Shown here one piece after another: positions 1-10,639 of a DNA stretch of 27,018 nt. Each line of letters begins with the position of its first letter. The first letter of the stretch is position 1. This DNA comes from Macrostomum lignano (Eukaryota), in contig NIVC01005073.1 in the NCBI GenBank assembly GCA_002269645.1, forward strand, positions 1 through 27,018. The letters run 5' to 3'. The notes below the pieces were generated by a model. That model saw nothing but the letters and a program-made list of their open reading frames with translations, was not told the DNA's origin and searched no databases. A program made the translations under genes and the position numbers.

Positions 1-822
1 CTTCAAAACTTTTCTAAGAAACGAGGTTTCCCGTCCTTCTACTTAAGTCGTCCTTGGTTTCTGATTGATTCTTGAGTACAAGACTTATAAAGGCATTTTT
101 AGTAGCTACCAACAGTCGAAAGGTTATTTAATAGCCATAGCAAGCAGCAAAAATATCAATAGCAGTATTTCAATACTGCAGTAATTGTTCTTGATATAAT
201 TCTAGGGCTATCGTAGGGGTTGTAAAGTATTTTGTTTGCTCTTGCTTTGCCCTAAGCGCGGTGAGAGCTGTGCAGTTCAATTGTGAGAATGGCATATATC
301 CCTACGGTTGCAATCCCTGAGTTCGGACGCACTTGCTCAGCATTAGTATTTCTCAAACGCATTTACGCCCCCGCCATCGATCTGCGGACCCGCCTGGCAA
401 CTCCTGTAAGGGTTTGCCTGAAAAATGTCTCGAGAAATCCACATGCGGGTTAGCGAGCAGCGTGCTTAGCAGACAGAGACGTTTCTGTATGATCTTCGTG
501 GATGAGTGGGATTCGTATGCATTGACAGAGGAGATCAGTGAGAAGACACTGGGTCGAGCAGACTGAATGCAGAGTAAACACGTAAATGCATGGGCTTTCT
601 CTGTCGAACCAGGACGCGACTATGGGAAAAACTTGTTGCACAATGATCAGTAAGGCACGGCTTCAAGCAAGAAAAGGCTTCAAGCTCATGGGTATTCGTC
701 ACAATCCGTTTGTTTCGACCAGTTATCGCACCATTTGATGGCGTTAGTATTAATAAAACTTACTTTCATGGTAAAAAATCATAAAATATTCGATGCCTAG
801 AAACTATATTTTGACTCCTTAC

Positions 823-1445
823 CTGCAATAAGCCAAATTGCCTGGACACCAGCAGGTACACCATGACGGTAGTACGTTCCTTCTTCGACGTTACGCGAAC
901 AACGTCGGCGTAGAGCGGCGGCTCAGCCCCAGCCCCGCTCCGGCCACAAATCGGCCGAGAAACACCAGCCAGGGATAGGGCGCAACAAAGTAGATGAGGT
1001 TGCCAGCAATCTCCAGCTGGTTAGCTATGATTAGCAGCAGTTTGACCCGGATGTAGCCCTGCTGAGCAATCCAACCGTACATGGGAGTGCAGAACAGTGA
1101 CGATATGTTGAATGCTGCCAAGGTAGCGCCGTAGAACTGCACGGCAGCCGACATGTCGAACTTGGTGTAAAAGTACAACCAGAGTGTGGGCAAAATGATG
1201 GCCCGCTCCACGCCGCTCAGGAGGCCCCAGACAGCGCCGATGGCGATGACGCGAGTCCTAGCTGAGCTGTCGAGTTGGAGCTTTGTTCGGCAAGCGTCGA
1301 GGCACCCGGGACTGCAGCAGGCGCAGCAGGCGCAGCAAGCGCAGCAGACAGCGGGCTCTTTATCGGTCACCAAAGGCCGGCTCTCTCCTCTGCGCTCGTC
1401 CACTGGATCCGATGGTGAAGATGCTGTTTCTTCCGGTGTAGCCAT
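823..1445 (-). CDS. MFSD8: First coding exon of an MFSD8/CLN7-like MFS transporter (apparent frameshift at 927-930)
   Basis: ORF 1445-891 has MFS N-terminal helices (LLSGVERAIILPTLW, ANQLEIAGNLIYF, LGRFVAGAG). Adding one G to the minus-strand G4 run at 927-930 continues the frame as AEPPLYADVVRVTSKKERTTVMVYLLVSRQFGL to a CAG|GTAAGG donor (GT at 822-821). Family call is from remembered motifs. No second exon was recognised in 1-820. Confidence 0.8.
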
Positions 1446-1797
1446 GATTCCCTCGACGACTAGCCGTGCAGGTGGATTCTATGATTGCGGATAGAATATA
1501 ATATAGAGCGGACTGGCACTGCATGTGTAGGAAATTAGGAACGAGCTGAAAAGACGCGTTCCTTTCGGGAGTACAAAAGTTGCCTGCCGAATGTTTTCCG
1601 TTGAAGATCGCCCTTGTTTGCATTTCATCCACATTAACTTACATGTACTCGTATTTACGAGCGTTAAAGTTTAATAAAAATTACATACCCGGGAATTACA
1701 TAGTAATGCGCTCTCCACTCAATATTACCTTACTTAGACACCTAATACACGGATTTAAATCTTTAAATCACATTTATTTCTTTTAATTGGTCCTATT

Positions 1798-1809
1798 GAT
1801 CACGTGATC
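1798..1809. promoter_or_regulatory. Palindromic E-box, CLEAR-like (GATCACGTGATC)
   Basis: Perfect 12-bp palindrome about 350 bp upstream of the MFSD8-like ATG; core TCACGTGA. Confidence 0.3.
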
Positions 1810-2398
1810 CCAAGCCAAGAAATCCTCTCAAACCCGTTGCTTGTAAAAATGAGAAATTAAAAGATTAAATTTGAAGACCTCGTATAAAGAACCTCTGATC
1901 CTCTGATTTGAACTTACATACTCGTAAATACATATAATGTGGGTGAAATGCAAATGTGGGCAATCTTCGGAGGGAAAATTTAATAGACCGGTTCCTTCCT
2001 ACTGAAACGCAAGTACACAGAGTTATTACCTCTTGATAGCTTTCAAACTAGTCGGATTGTCGTCTCTTCAGCCTTGGCCCCGTCGTGGGTGTCTCTCATA
2101 AAAGCTTGGTCTGATCGAGAGACAACTCAAAATGCTTTTTATTTCGCAACTGTTGCAGGGTCAGTCAGTGGAATCAACCAATCGCAGAAATTTTTCTCTC
2201 CCCACTTACTTGAATTGCATTTAACTCGCGCTGCCTTGCCCCAGGGTTCTTTTTTCCAAGATTTTGTTCGACTTTTCTCCAAGCTTTAGTGCTCAACGTC
2301 CACATTGAGTATTTGGGTACCGCATACTACTTTCTTCTATTCGACAAAATACAAAAGAAAGGCTATTGGGAGCTTTGTAGTAACACATTGATTCATGA

Positions 2399-2684
2399 GG
2401 GAGCACGAGAAATGCCCGCCGAAATTTGCCCGCGGGAGATTTGCCCGTCGAGCTTTTCCCGCCGAGATTTGCCCGCAATGCTTTTTTCATGCAGCGCATT
2501 TGGAAGCTTAGATTCTGTCTGCATTGCCTCCCCCCAAAAATATGAATTTGATATGCACGTTTTGATCGTGTAAAATCTCTTTATTTAGACTTACTAAGCA
2601 TTAGCAGAAAAAAAGCATTGCGGGCAAACCTCGGCGGGAAAAAACTCAGCGGGCAATTCGTCTGCGGGCAATTCTCATGGACCC
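2399..2684. mobile_element. Non-autonomous Mutator/MULE-like MITE
   Basis: GGG...CCC termini; imperfect TIRs of about 85-90 bp built from TT(T)GCCCGC units (about 2399-2490 vs 2603-2684); exact 9-bp flanking direct repeat GATTCATGA at 2390-2398 and 2685-2693. Confidence 0.8.
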
Positions 2685-2867
2685 GATTCATGATGCCAAT
2701 GTCAAATTCATGCTCGTGTTACACAATAAGTCGTTGACTCGTTATAAATCTTTAAGTTCTGTAAATGCCAGGTTTTACAAGGAAATTTAATTATTTGCTA
2801 CATTTCTGCTACAATCTGAGCAGAATAGAGAATATCCAGCCATTCTTACCTCATTTTGTTTGCTGTA

Positions 2868-3150
2868 GGGATTTGCTGTCTAGTGGTTAGAGCGTCAGAC
2901 CAACGTCTGAAAGGTCGGGGGTTCGATTCTCGACCCACTAGAAACAATTGTGTCCTTGAGCAAGACACTTAACTCTGCATTGCTTCAGTTCACCCAGCTG
3001 TAAAATGGGTGCCAGCATTAGCTGGGGTAATTGAGGGTGTGTGGTGATCCCCCAGCCCTTGGACTGAACAGCCGTACGCAGCCTTCAGATGCGCCGAGCA
3101 ATAGCTGCGGCTGAGCTGTCGGTTGCACATCTGCCCATTAGGGCAGGTGA
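2868..3150 (+). mobile_element. tRNA-derived CORE-like SINE, copy 1
   Basis: A-box-like TGTCTAGTGG (2877-2886), B box GGTTCGATTC (2920-2929), MIR-CORE-like TGTGTCCTTGAGCAAGACACTTAAC...CAGCTGTAAAATGGG; closely similar copy at 12983-13300. Confidence 0.85.
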
Positions 3151-3314
3151 CGTAATATTAAAATAGGATATGGTCGCAGAATTTTCCTGAGACATGGGCT
3201 AAGCATATCCTCTTATTATAATTATACATTTTTGCTGTGACAGGATACAGCCAGCGAGGATTATGCGTGAAAAAATTATAATTGACATCGGCGTGGGGAT
3301 TTTGATTTAGCTAG

Positions 3315-3432
3315 TTATTACAGACTTATTACAGACTTAAACAGACGTATTACAGAATTATTACAGAGTTATTACAGATTTATTACAGACTTATTACAGA
3401 CTTATTACAGACTTATTACAGACTTATTACAG
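3315..3432. repeat. 11-bp minisatellite (TTATTACAGAC)n
   Basis: About 10.5 tandem copies read directly. Confidence 0.95.
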
Positions 3433-3878
3433 GCAGACATCGTAATCTTGATGAAATGAAGGTTCACAAACAGTTCATCTTAAGCATTCAGGCGTCCCCG
3501 ATATGTGTACGGCAAAGGATGCGCTGGTCTCGCCCCATGCTGGCTATATAGGCTTCGTCAACGTCAACAAGCGCATGATAGGAAACTTTGGCTCCCAGTT
3601 CCGACTCACTGGTGATGTCTGAGAAACCACATGCAGAAGTCACTACGAACTGGTTGCAAGGATACTGAAGTGGATGAAGGACGGGAAAGTACGTTTCTTG
3701 GAAAGTTTTAGGAGGCAGGTTTCAACGAAAAAAATACGAATACATTACACATGTACGTAGAACTAAGGAGGTTTTTTATTTTTGGCTCAAAATTTGTAAT
3801 TAATTTCGATAGCAAGCAGATCCGATGTTGTGTTCATATTTTGATATGACTGCCTTTCTTAAGTTACTGCTCTATATT

Positions 3879-4293
3879 CAGGGGCGTCGCCATGGATTTT
3901 TTGGTGGGGGGGAGCCAAGAATTCTACATATATCATGTACATGACTAAATTCCTACTACATGTACATTAGTTTCAGAATCGGTGTAGTCAGCACTCATTT
4001 TAACGCTACAGGCTAGGCACTCATTTTGGCGCCGCAAGCACTTATTTTGGCGCCGCAGGCACTCATTTTGGTGCCGCAAGCACTTATTTTGGCGCCGCAG
4101 GCATTCATTTTGGCGCCGCAAGCACTTATTTTGGCGCCGCAGGCATTCATTTTGGCGCCGCAAGCACTTTTTTAGCGCCGTAGGCACTATGTTTGTCGCC
4201 CTGCAGCAAAATTATTGATTTCCATAACGGGTCACAAGGTGGGGTGGGGGGACATGTCCAGTCCCCTTGTCCCCCCCCGTTGGCGACGCCCTG
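3879..4293. mobile_element. hAT-like MITE with internal 21-bp minisatellite
   Basis: TIR CAGGG(G)CGTCGCCA at 3879 and TGGCGACGCCCTG ending 4293; flanks TCTATATT / TCTATTGA match only partly; 21-bp tandem units at about 4017-4175. Confidence 0.6.
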
Positions 4294-5640
4294 TCTATTG
4301 ATAGTCGTAGAGCTTTTTTGTTCTTAAAATTAGGATTCTGTGCTAATTTTATATCCTACATGTACATACTGTATACGTAAATTATACATGTACGCGCTCA
4401 GCTGGACTCAGTATTCGTTTATGTCTATGAATTTTTATTATCATTCTTGGCGTCCTGCCGTCCTCTGGAGCTCTTGTTGAAAAACAGGAATTTTGCTGAA
4501 CGTTAGGCAATCACGATGATCTGCCTAAAATCGAGAGTTCAGACTGCATGGGCACACAAGGGCCACTGTATTTGTGAGCACATCGGCGTTGACATGATCT
4601 CGGCCAGCGGGGTGCTCTCCACACTGAGAAATCACACTAGCTGCAAGCTGGTCCTACCAGCGAGGTCTGCGACTGCAGACACTTTTAAGTTGTCGACGTC
4701 AATAGTTGCTAACCACTTGAGCCAGCATGCCTACTTTGGCTCCCCGGGAGTGGCGTATTGGCTAGTAACTGCCTAAATGTTATGTTATACCTACATGTGT
4801 CTAGATAATTCAAGTTGATACATGTATGTATGTATACCAACGTTTAAGAATATGTGCTGTCCCATATTCAGGATTTCATGTAGTATTTGCAACAAGTTTA
4901 TAATCAGTATGGCAAGTAAATTTACACAAGTATACTCAAAAGAATATTTAATTTGTTATTAATTGACACGTCAATTACCTTGGTACATAGTTGATGTTTG
5001 TTTCGCAGTTGTGTCTTTTCCTAGAAGTGGAAAATTCGAGAAACATAGAAGTGTGTTTGCTACAGTTTGGACTTTCCTAGGTCAAAAAAGATGTAACTTA
5101 GTTGCGGCAGATGTGGGATGTTGGTATGGTCAGCGCTGAAGTGTAAAGCTAAAAATTTATTTTTTTATCGTGCTGGTTTTCTGCAAAAAATTAAAAATTC
5201 ACCGCTTTTTAAAAAAAAAACAATTCAAAATATAACTCACTTTAATTTTCCTGTCTAATATGGCTTTAATGTTTCGCAAACATTTGTTAAAAATGAAACC
5301 TAATTGAAAAGAAACCTTGAAACCTCGGCGGCAGAAACAGAAATTTTTTTAACTCCAAAAACTCAGCAGTGTTACAAACGCCATTGAGTATTTTACCTTT
5401 ACCTTAAAATCCTATTTCAACAAATCAGTTCAGTCAAAATTCCTTTCTCTAGAAAATTGTCATTAACTTTCTCTTTTTGTCTTGACTTAATGGCACGATC
5501 CGTCGAATTATTGACACTTCTTAGATTCTAGTACGAAACATTGACATATCGTCATAGATTTAGGCTCTAGGCCTACTTTTACTATTGCGAATTCTTAGAT
5601 TCTTTGCTCCAGTAAGCCGTATCTTTGCATACTGTTTAGA

Positions 5641-5907
5641 ATGACAGCCATCGAAAGCAATTATAGTATTTCCACTGGGAACAAATATGGCTTCTTAATT
5701 GATCATGACGAAGACCCTGAGTACTACTCAGCAAAATCGAAAAACAGGCACAGAAGGTAGAAAAGACAAAGCAAAAGACAAAAAAGGACAAAAATGAGAA
5801 GAATGCAACCAATTCTAAGACAGAAAAAAAAGTAGAACAGAAGCCAGAGTCAGCTCCAGCTGATGGGAATCGGCAGCAAAGAAGGCATAAGAAAGATCAA
5901 CATGAAG
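5641..5907 (+). CDS. SERBP1: SERBP1/HABP4-like gene, exon 1 (apparent frameshift at 5721)
   Basis: MTAIESNYSISTGNKYGFLIDHDEDPE resembles the family N-terminal NRF..L...ESDP motif. One extra G at 5721 gives VLLSKIEKQAQK...KKDQHE up to an AAG|GTATGT donor; its phase 1 matches exon 2. Confidence 0.7.
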
Positions 5908-7585
5908 GTATGTTTATTAGTCAGCTAAGTTAAATATTTAATGTTTTATACATTAATAAACTTAGCCAATTTGGAGACATTGAGACTTTATTTTAAACTA
6001 GTATAGCAATAGACCAATGTACTATGAGTATTTTTAGCAATTATCAAAAATATATTGTTGGACCTTTTTAATTATAGTAGAAATATTACACCTACTAAGT
6101 CTATTTGTCAACCAATATTAAGAAGCCAATAAATGTATTATCAAGTATTTCTATTTGATAGACAATAGTAGTTGATTTCTAGCAACAAATAAATTATAGA
6201 TTATTGACAATATCATTATGCATTTAGATTTAGATGACTTTAGGTTTAAGCTTACTTAAACAATTCTATCTAGTTTTTATGGCATTATTTTGTCTTATAA
6301 AACTACATTTTGCATCAATTTTATGAAATAAACCTTTACTATTGATAATAACTTTCTTTTTAAAGTTATAGGCCTAACACAATATATTGAAATATAGGGC
6401 TTAGCCTATGATTAAAAAAGGCAAACCAAAATCGCAACAAATCAGTGCAAATAGCCAAATACCATAGTTTGGATCATGCTAGGTGCATGCCTGAATAAAA
6501 TTTGAATAATTGAAAATGCATGTCAAAAAATAGTGCATGCCCATTTTGAAAAATATACCAATGTTGCGACAATAAATGACCTTTTTTAAATTGCATAATA
6601 TACCCCTATTAGTACATTATTTGGTTGATTTTTATGCTTTTTGGCGATTCTATTTATGGTGTGAAATTGATACATGCAAATGTTTGTTTAAATCTATTAT
6701 AAATCTGTATATTTGTGTGAGTTTATAGCTTGAAAAAACTAGAAACCTTGAAATTTATGCTTAAAAATAAACTTTTTTTTTCATTTTTTCTACCAGGTGT
6801 GCACATATACTATTTTCTTAAGAGTGATGCATGCCAATTGTGCATACCTAATTTTGGTATACAAGGCCAATGCACAACCAAATTTTTGGGCATATGCACT
6901 ACATAATCCAGAGTGTGATACAAATATAACAAAGCCATATAATAAAATATAGTTATGATAAAACAATGATAAAACAACATTTACAAATCAACAAAATTTC
7001 TTAGACTTAGTAGTATTAATCCTAAAAGTTCTATGTTTAAATTAGAATGTATATTAAAGTTTAGATATTTAGATAAAAAAGTATTTCAATTAGTTTTGTG
7101 GCTTATTCAACTTCAAGACAATAACAAATTTAATCGTAGCAATAGCCAATAAGCTGATTATAAAAAGTATTAAAATATTTTTAATTATCAAAAAGTAGGC
7201 CTATCAATTTTACAACTTACTTATGATCTCAGTTACTATTATGCAATTTTTTGTCTATGGTTAAACCAAATATAAATTTGTTTTTAGCCAAATCAAGTTC
7301 AAATGTATATAGTATACATTAGTCTGGAAACTTTTACAATATCCTTTTATATATGTTAGCTAATTATAAAAATTATTTTTTGCTAATTTTTTAGTGTTTT
7401 GTCATTATAGGAGTTCCTTATTTGTTTTACCAAATATAGTCATAGACATTGCTTAATTGTAAATCACTATATTTAAAAATAAATAATATAAAAAGCATTA
7501 ATTATGTAACATAAAGACAATTAAAAATGTAATTTAAAATAATATTGTTTATATTATATTATTATAAACAATATATTTATGATGT

Positions 7586-7663
7586 TGTTTAATTTCAATT
7601 CATTAAAACAATTTGTATCCTTAAGCAAGACACTTAACTCTGAATTGCTTCAGTTCACCTAGC
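7586..7663 (+). mobile_element. Degenerate partial copy of the CORE-like SINE in SERBP1-like intron 1
   Basis: CCTTAAGCAAGACACTTAACTCTGAATTGCTTCAGTTCACC aligns to SINE copies 1 and 2; upstream B-box region is decayed. Confidence 0.75.
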
Positions 7664-7769
7664 ATTTATAGGATGGCAATTGGTGCACCTAGCAAGAATG
7701 TTTTGTATTATAGACTTTATGTAGCACCATATGTGCGCAACCTTGGGAATCACCCGGCCGTTTCTATTG

Positions 7770-7857
7770 GCAACACACACACATGTAAGTCGCTATTGGC
7801 TGAGAGCAGTCACGTGACTACTATTCTGTCCAATAGCGACATACATGTGTGGGTTGC
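7770..7857. repeat. Palindromic element centred on AGTCACGTGACT
   Basis: Arms 7778-7799 and 7830-7851 are complementary at 21 of 22 nt and extend outward through GCAAC/GTTGC; centre 7808-7819. Confidence 0.8.
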
Positions 7858-7961
7858 GCCCAAGCATGTGTAGCACTAATTAGTTGACGAGGCACTTACA
7901 GATATAATTGCTCCAACTGTTTACCCAACTGCTTATGCCGCTGCTCTATCCTATCTACCAG

Positions 7962-9063
7962 GTGGAAAACCGCGGTCTGCCGAAGGCCAAGCTGAACAGG
8001 GCGCCGCGCCGCAGTCTGCCAGCGGCAGCTTTCACGGCCGCGGTGGCCGCAGTGGCTTTGGTCGCGGTGGCCGACAGCCGCAGGGCAACCGGCCAGAGGA
8101 TGCCGCCGCTGGCGCTGCGGATAGCGGCGGCTTATCTGCTGACGCTGCCGGACCAGCTGATGGTGTGCAGCAGCAGCGGGGCGGCTTCGGCGGCCGGGGC
8201 GGCAACCGCGGCGGTGGCTTTGGTGGCGAATATGGCGGAGGCCGCGGCCGCGGTGTGCGCGTCTTTGGCCGAGGCGGCGGCGGCGAACGGGGACGCCGCG
8301 GCGGCTTCGGCCAGCGGCCGGGCGGCGAGGAGGGCGAGAGTGAGAGCGCAGAGCCGGCAGCCGATGAAACCAGCGCCGGCGGCCGCGGCGGATTTGGCGG
8401 AGGAGGCCGCGGTCGCGGATTCGGCGGCGAAGGCGGCAGCGGTGGCAGGGGCCGCGGATTCGGCGGCGAAGGCGGCAGCGGTGGCAGGGGCCGCGGATTC
8501 GGCGGCGAAGGCGGCAGCGGTGGCAGGGGCCGCGGATTCGGCGGCAGCGGTGGCAGGGGCCGCGGATTCGGCGGCGAAGGCGGCAGGGGCCGCGGATTCG
8601 GCGGCGAAGGCGGCAGGGGCCGCGGATTCGGCGGTGGCGGCGGCAGGGGTCGCGGTTTCGACAGCGGCGGCGAAGGCGGCGACGGGAGGGGCCGCGAATT
8701 CGGCGGCCGAGGGGGTCGCGGTCGCGGCGGCTTTGGCAGCGGACCGCCGCCCGGCATGGAGGCTGACGAGGTGCCGCCGCCAACTGAGGCTGGCGTAGAG
8801 TCCGCCCCTCTGGCCGATGCCGGGGCCGTCGAGCAAGTCGACGGTCGGCCTGCCGAGTTTGGCGGACGGCCACGCGGGCGCGGTGGCCGCGGCGGAGGAC
8901 GCGGCCGCGGAGGTTTCGGTGGTCGCAGCGGCGGCGGCGGCGGTTTCAACCGCGGCCGAGAGTACGACAGGCGGTCGGGCTCGGCCACCACCGGAGTGAA
9001 GCCGGTCGAGAAGCGCGAGGGCTTCGGGGCACACAACTGGGGCAACGTGCGTGACGATATTGA
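7962..9063 (+). CDS. SERBP1: SERBP1/HABP4-like gene, exon 2 (RGG repeats and start of the HABP4/PAI-RBP1 domain)
   Basis: Acceptor CTACCAG (AG 7960-7961), in frame with ORF 8165-9067; REYDRRSGS...KREGFGAHNWG family motif; donor GA|GTGAGT at 9064. Confidence 0.9.
8406..8720 (+). repeat. Coding tandem repeat, 30-39 nt units encoding GRGFGGEGG(SGG)R
   Basis: Repeated GGCCGCGGATTCGGCGGC units read directly. Confidence 0.9.
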
Positions 9064-9321
9064 GTGAGTTGTGTAGTAATTTTAGTTCGCTTCTAGTAGG
9101 ATTTTGCCTCGAAATTCATTGCCTTGAACCTTGCCAAAATCAATGCAATATTTACAGTCGATAGCACACGCTCAGGTGCATAGCGGTCAGCTGACTCAAG
9201 ATGTACACTCTCTGTGCTTTTGTGGGGGGGGCTGTCCCTCATCCAGACGTGAAGTCCTCAACAAGCCTTATGGGGGTAGTTTTCGTTAGAGGTCCCAGTT
9301 TTACTTAATATGTATTAGCGA

Positions 9322-9416
9322 CTTGTGAAGTTTAGGTCTTGTGAAGTTTAGGTCTTGTGAAGTTTAGGTCTTGTGAAGTTTAGGTCTTGTGAAGTGAAGG
9401 TCTTGTGAAGTTTAGA
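9322..9416. repeat. 16-bp minisatellite (CTTGTGAAGTTTAGGT)n in SERBP1-like intron 2
   Basis: About 6 tandem copies. Confidence 0.95.
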
Positions 9417-9578
9417 TTTTATTGAAAGTGAATGCTAAACTTTTAGGCGACGTGGAGTTAAGGTCTTGTGAAAGCGCCCCTCGTAGCCCACAGGCTCACT
9501 TTACATTGTCAGTTGTGGGTGTTATTGGCAGATCTATTAGAAATACAAATAAAGCACTGCTCGGGTTCATTGTCGCAG

Positions 9579-10220
9579 GGGCCAGCAGGAGCCTGTGGAC
9601 GCCGCTGCCGGTCAACCGTCGGCTGCCGCGCCCGCCGCCGCGGACGACTGGGCGGACGCCGTCGAGCAGGAGCAGCAAGAGGCCAACGCGGAGGCCGGCG
9701 CCGCCCCGCCAGCCATGATGACCCTGGAGGAGTGGAAGCGGCAGCAAGCCGAGGACAGGGCCAAATTGTCCGGCGCTGGCGCCGCAGCCGCGGCCGCTAA
9801 TGTCCGACGCGTCGATGCGTCGGGTTTCGGCGAGATGCGCCAATACAAGAAAGAGCGACCGCCGACCGACCTCGGCAACGACGGCGTCGAAGGTGGCGCC
9901 GGTGGCGCCGCCGCCGCTACAGCTGGCGCCGCTTTTGTTCGCAAGCCGCAGATTGAGACGAATTTCTACGTGAATCCGGTCGCTGCCGAGGGCGGACGGG
10001 GCGGCGGCGGTGGCAGGGGCGGCCCTCGCGGCGGCGCGGACGCGGCTACGGACGTCCAGATAGCGGCGGCCGAGGCGGTCCTCGCGGCGGCGGCGGCAGA
10101 GGCGGCGGATTTGGCCGCGGCGGCGGCGGCGGCGAAGGCTACGGCGGTCGTCGAGGCGGTGGTCGCCAGGCCGCTGCGGACTTCCACGTGCAGGACAGCG
10201 ACTTTCCCCAGCTGGCCTAG
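9579..10220 (+). CDS. SERBP1: SERBP1/HABP4-like gene, exon 3 (apparent frameshift at 10035)
   Basis: Acceptor TGTCGCAG; phase 2 matches exon 2; MTLEEWK motif. One extra C at 10035 gives an RGG-rich tail ending DFHVQDSDFPQLA-stop (TAG 10218-10220), like the family FPALA terminus. Confidence 0.88.
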
Positions 10221-10633
10221 GGGCAGCAGCTAATGCCGGTGACGTGAGACAAACTTATTGACGCCTGCGCGTATTGCCCTATTTTGATTATAACAAAGGC
10301 CAGATTAGACACATAGGCAGGGCTGTCAAGTTTTCTTGCTGGTTTGTTAATTCAATTAGCTTTGTTTTTTTTTTAACCCTTTTGTTTGTTTTAATGTAGC
10401 GGCTAATCCTTAGCCCGATGCCTCCCTCTCTGCTGTACCCAGATTTGCTGTCCCAGCTGGTTCCACTGCCTAATTGTATAACTGCACTCGGCACCCCCCC
10501 CCCGTATGCAATATAAAACTGTTTCATCTTTTATGTTCTAATAATTTACTACTGATTAGTAGTCTGTTCGCGTATTGTTTAAATTATTTTTCTAATTAAT
10601 AACTAAAGCTAAATTTAATTTTTTCTAATTTCG

Positions 10634-10639
10634 AATAAA
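10634..10639 (+). promoter_or_regulatory. Candidate poly(A) signal of the SERBP1-like gene
   Basis: AATAAA about 410 nt after the stop; a TATAAA variant at 10512 is an alternative. Confidence 0.3.

Noticed and set aside
470-740. IFVDEWD, a Walker-B-like peptide
   Set aside because: No Walker A or other support; frames are interrupted by stops.
2868-2940. Possible tRNA gene (also near 12985)
   Set aside because: A and B boxes are present, but no clean cloverleaf forms and the sequence continues into a SINE body.
3440-3770. Protein-like text (LDEMKVHK, GYIGFVNVN) recalling P-element/THAP9 transposases
   Set aside because: The motifs are in different frames with stops and wrong spacing; a TBLASTN or HMM search would be needed.
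4570-4730. PAGRDHVNADVLT on the minus strand, like the end of Ty3/Gypsy RNase H
   Set aside because: One short motif with upstream stops; too weak without a database search.
6790-6906. TTTTCTACCAG acceptor-like site in SERBP1-like intron 1
   Set aside because: The in-frame reading ends at a stop with no plausible peptide or donor; exon 1 joins exon 2 in frame without it.
7896-9045. Several long overlapping ORFs on both strands
   Set aside because: Expected by-product of very GC-rich, stop-poor RGG coding sequence; only one frame has family motifs and matching splice phases.
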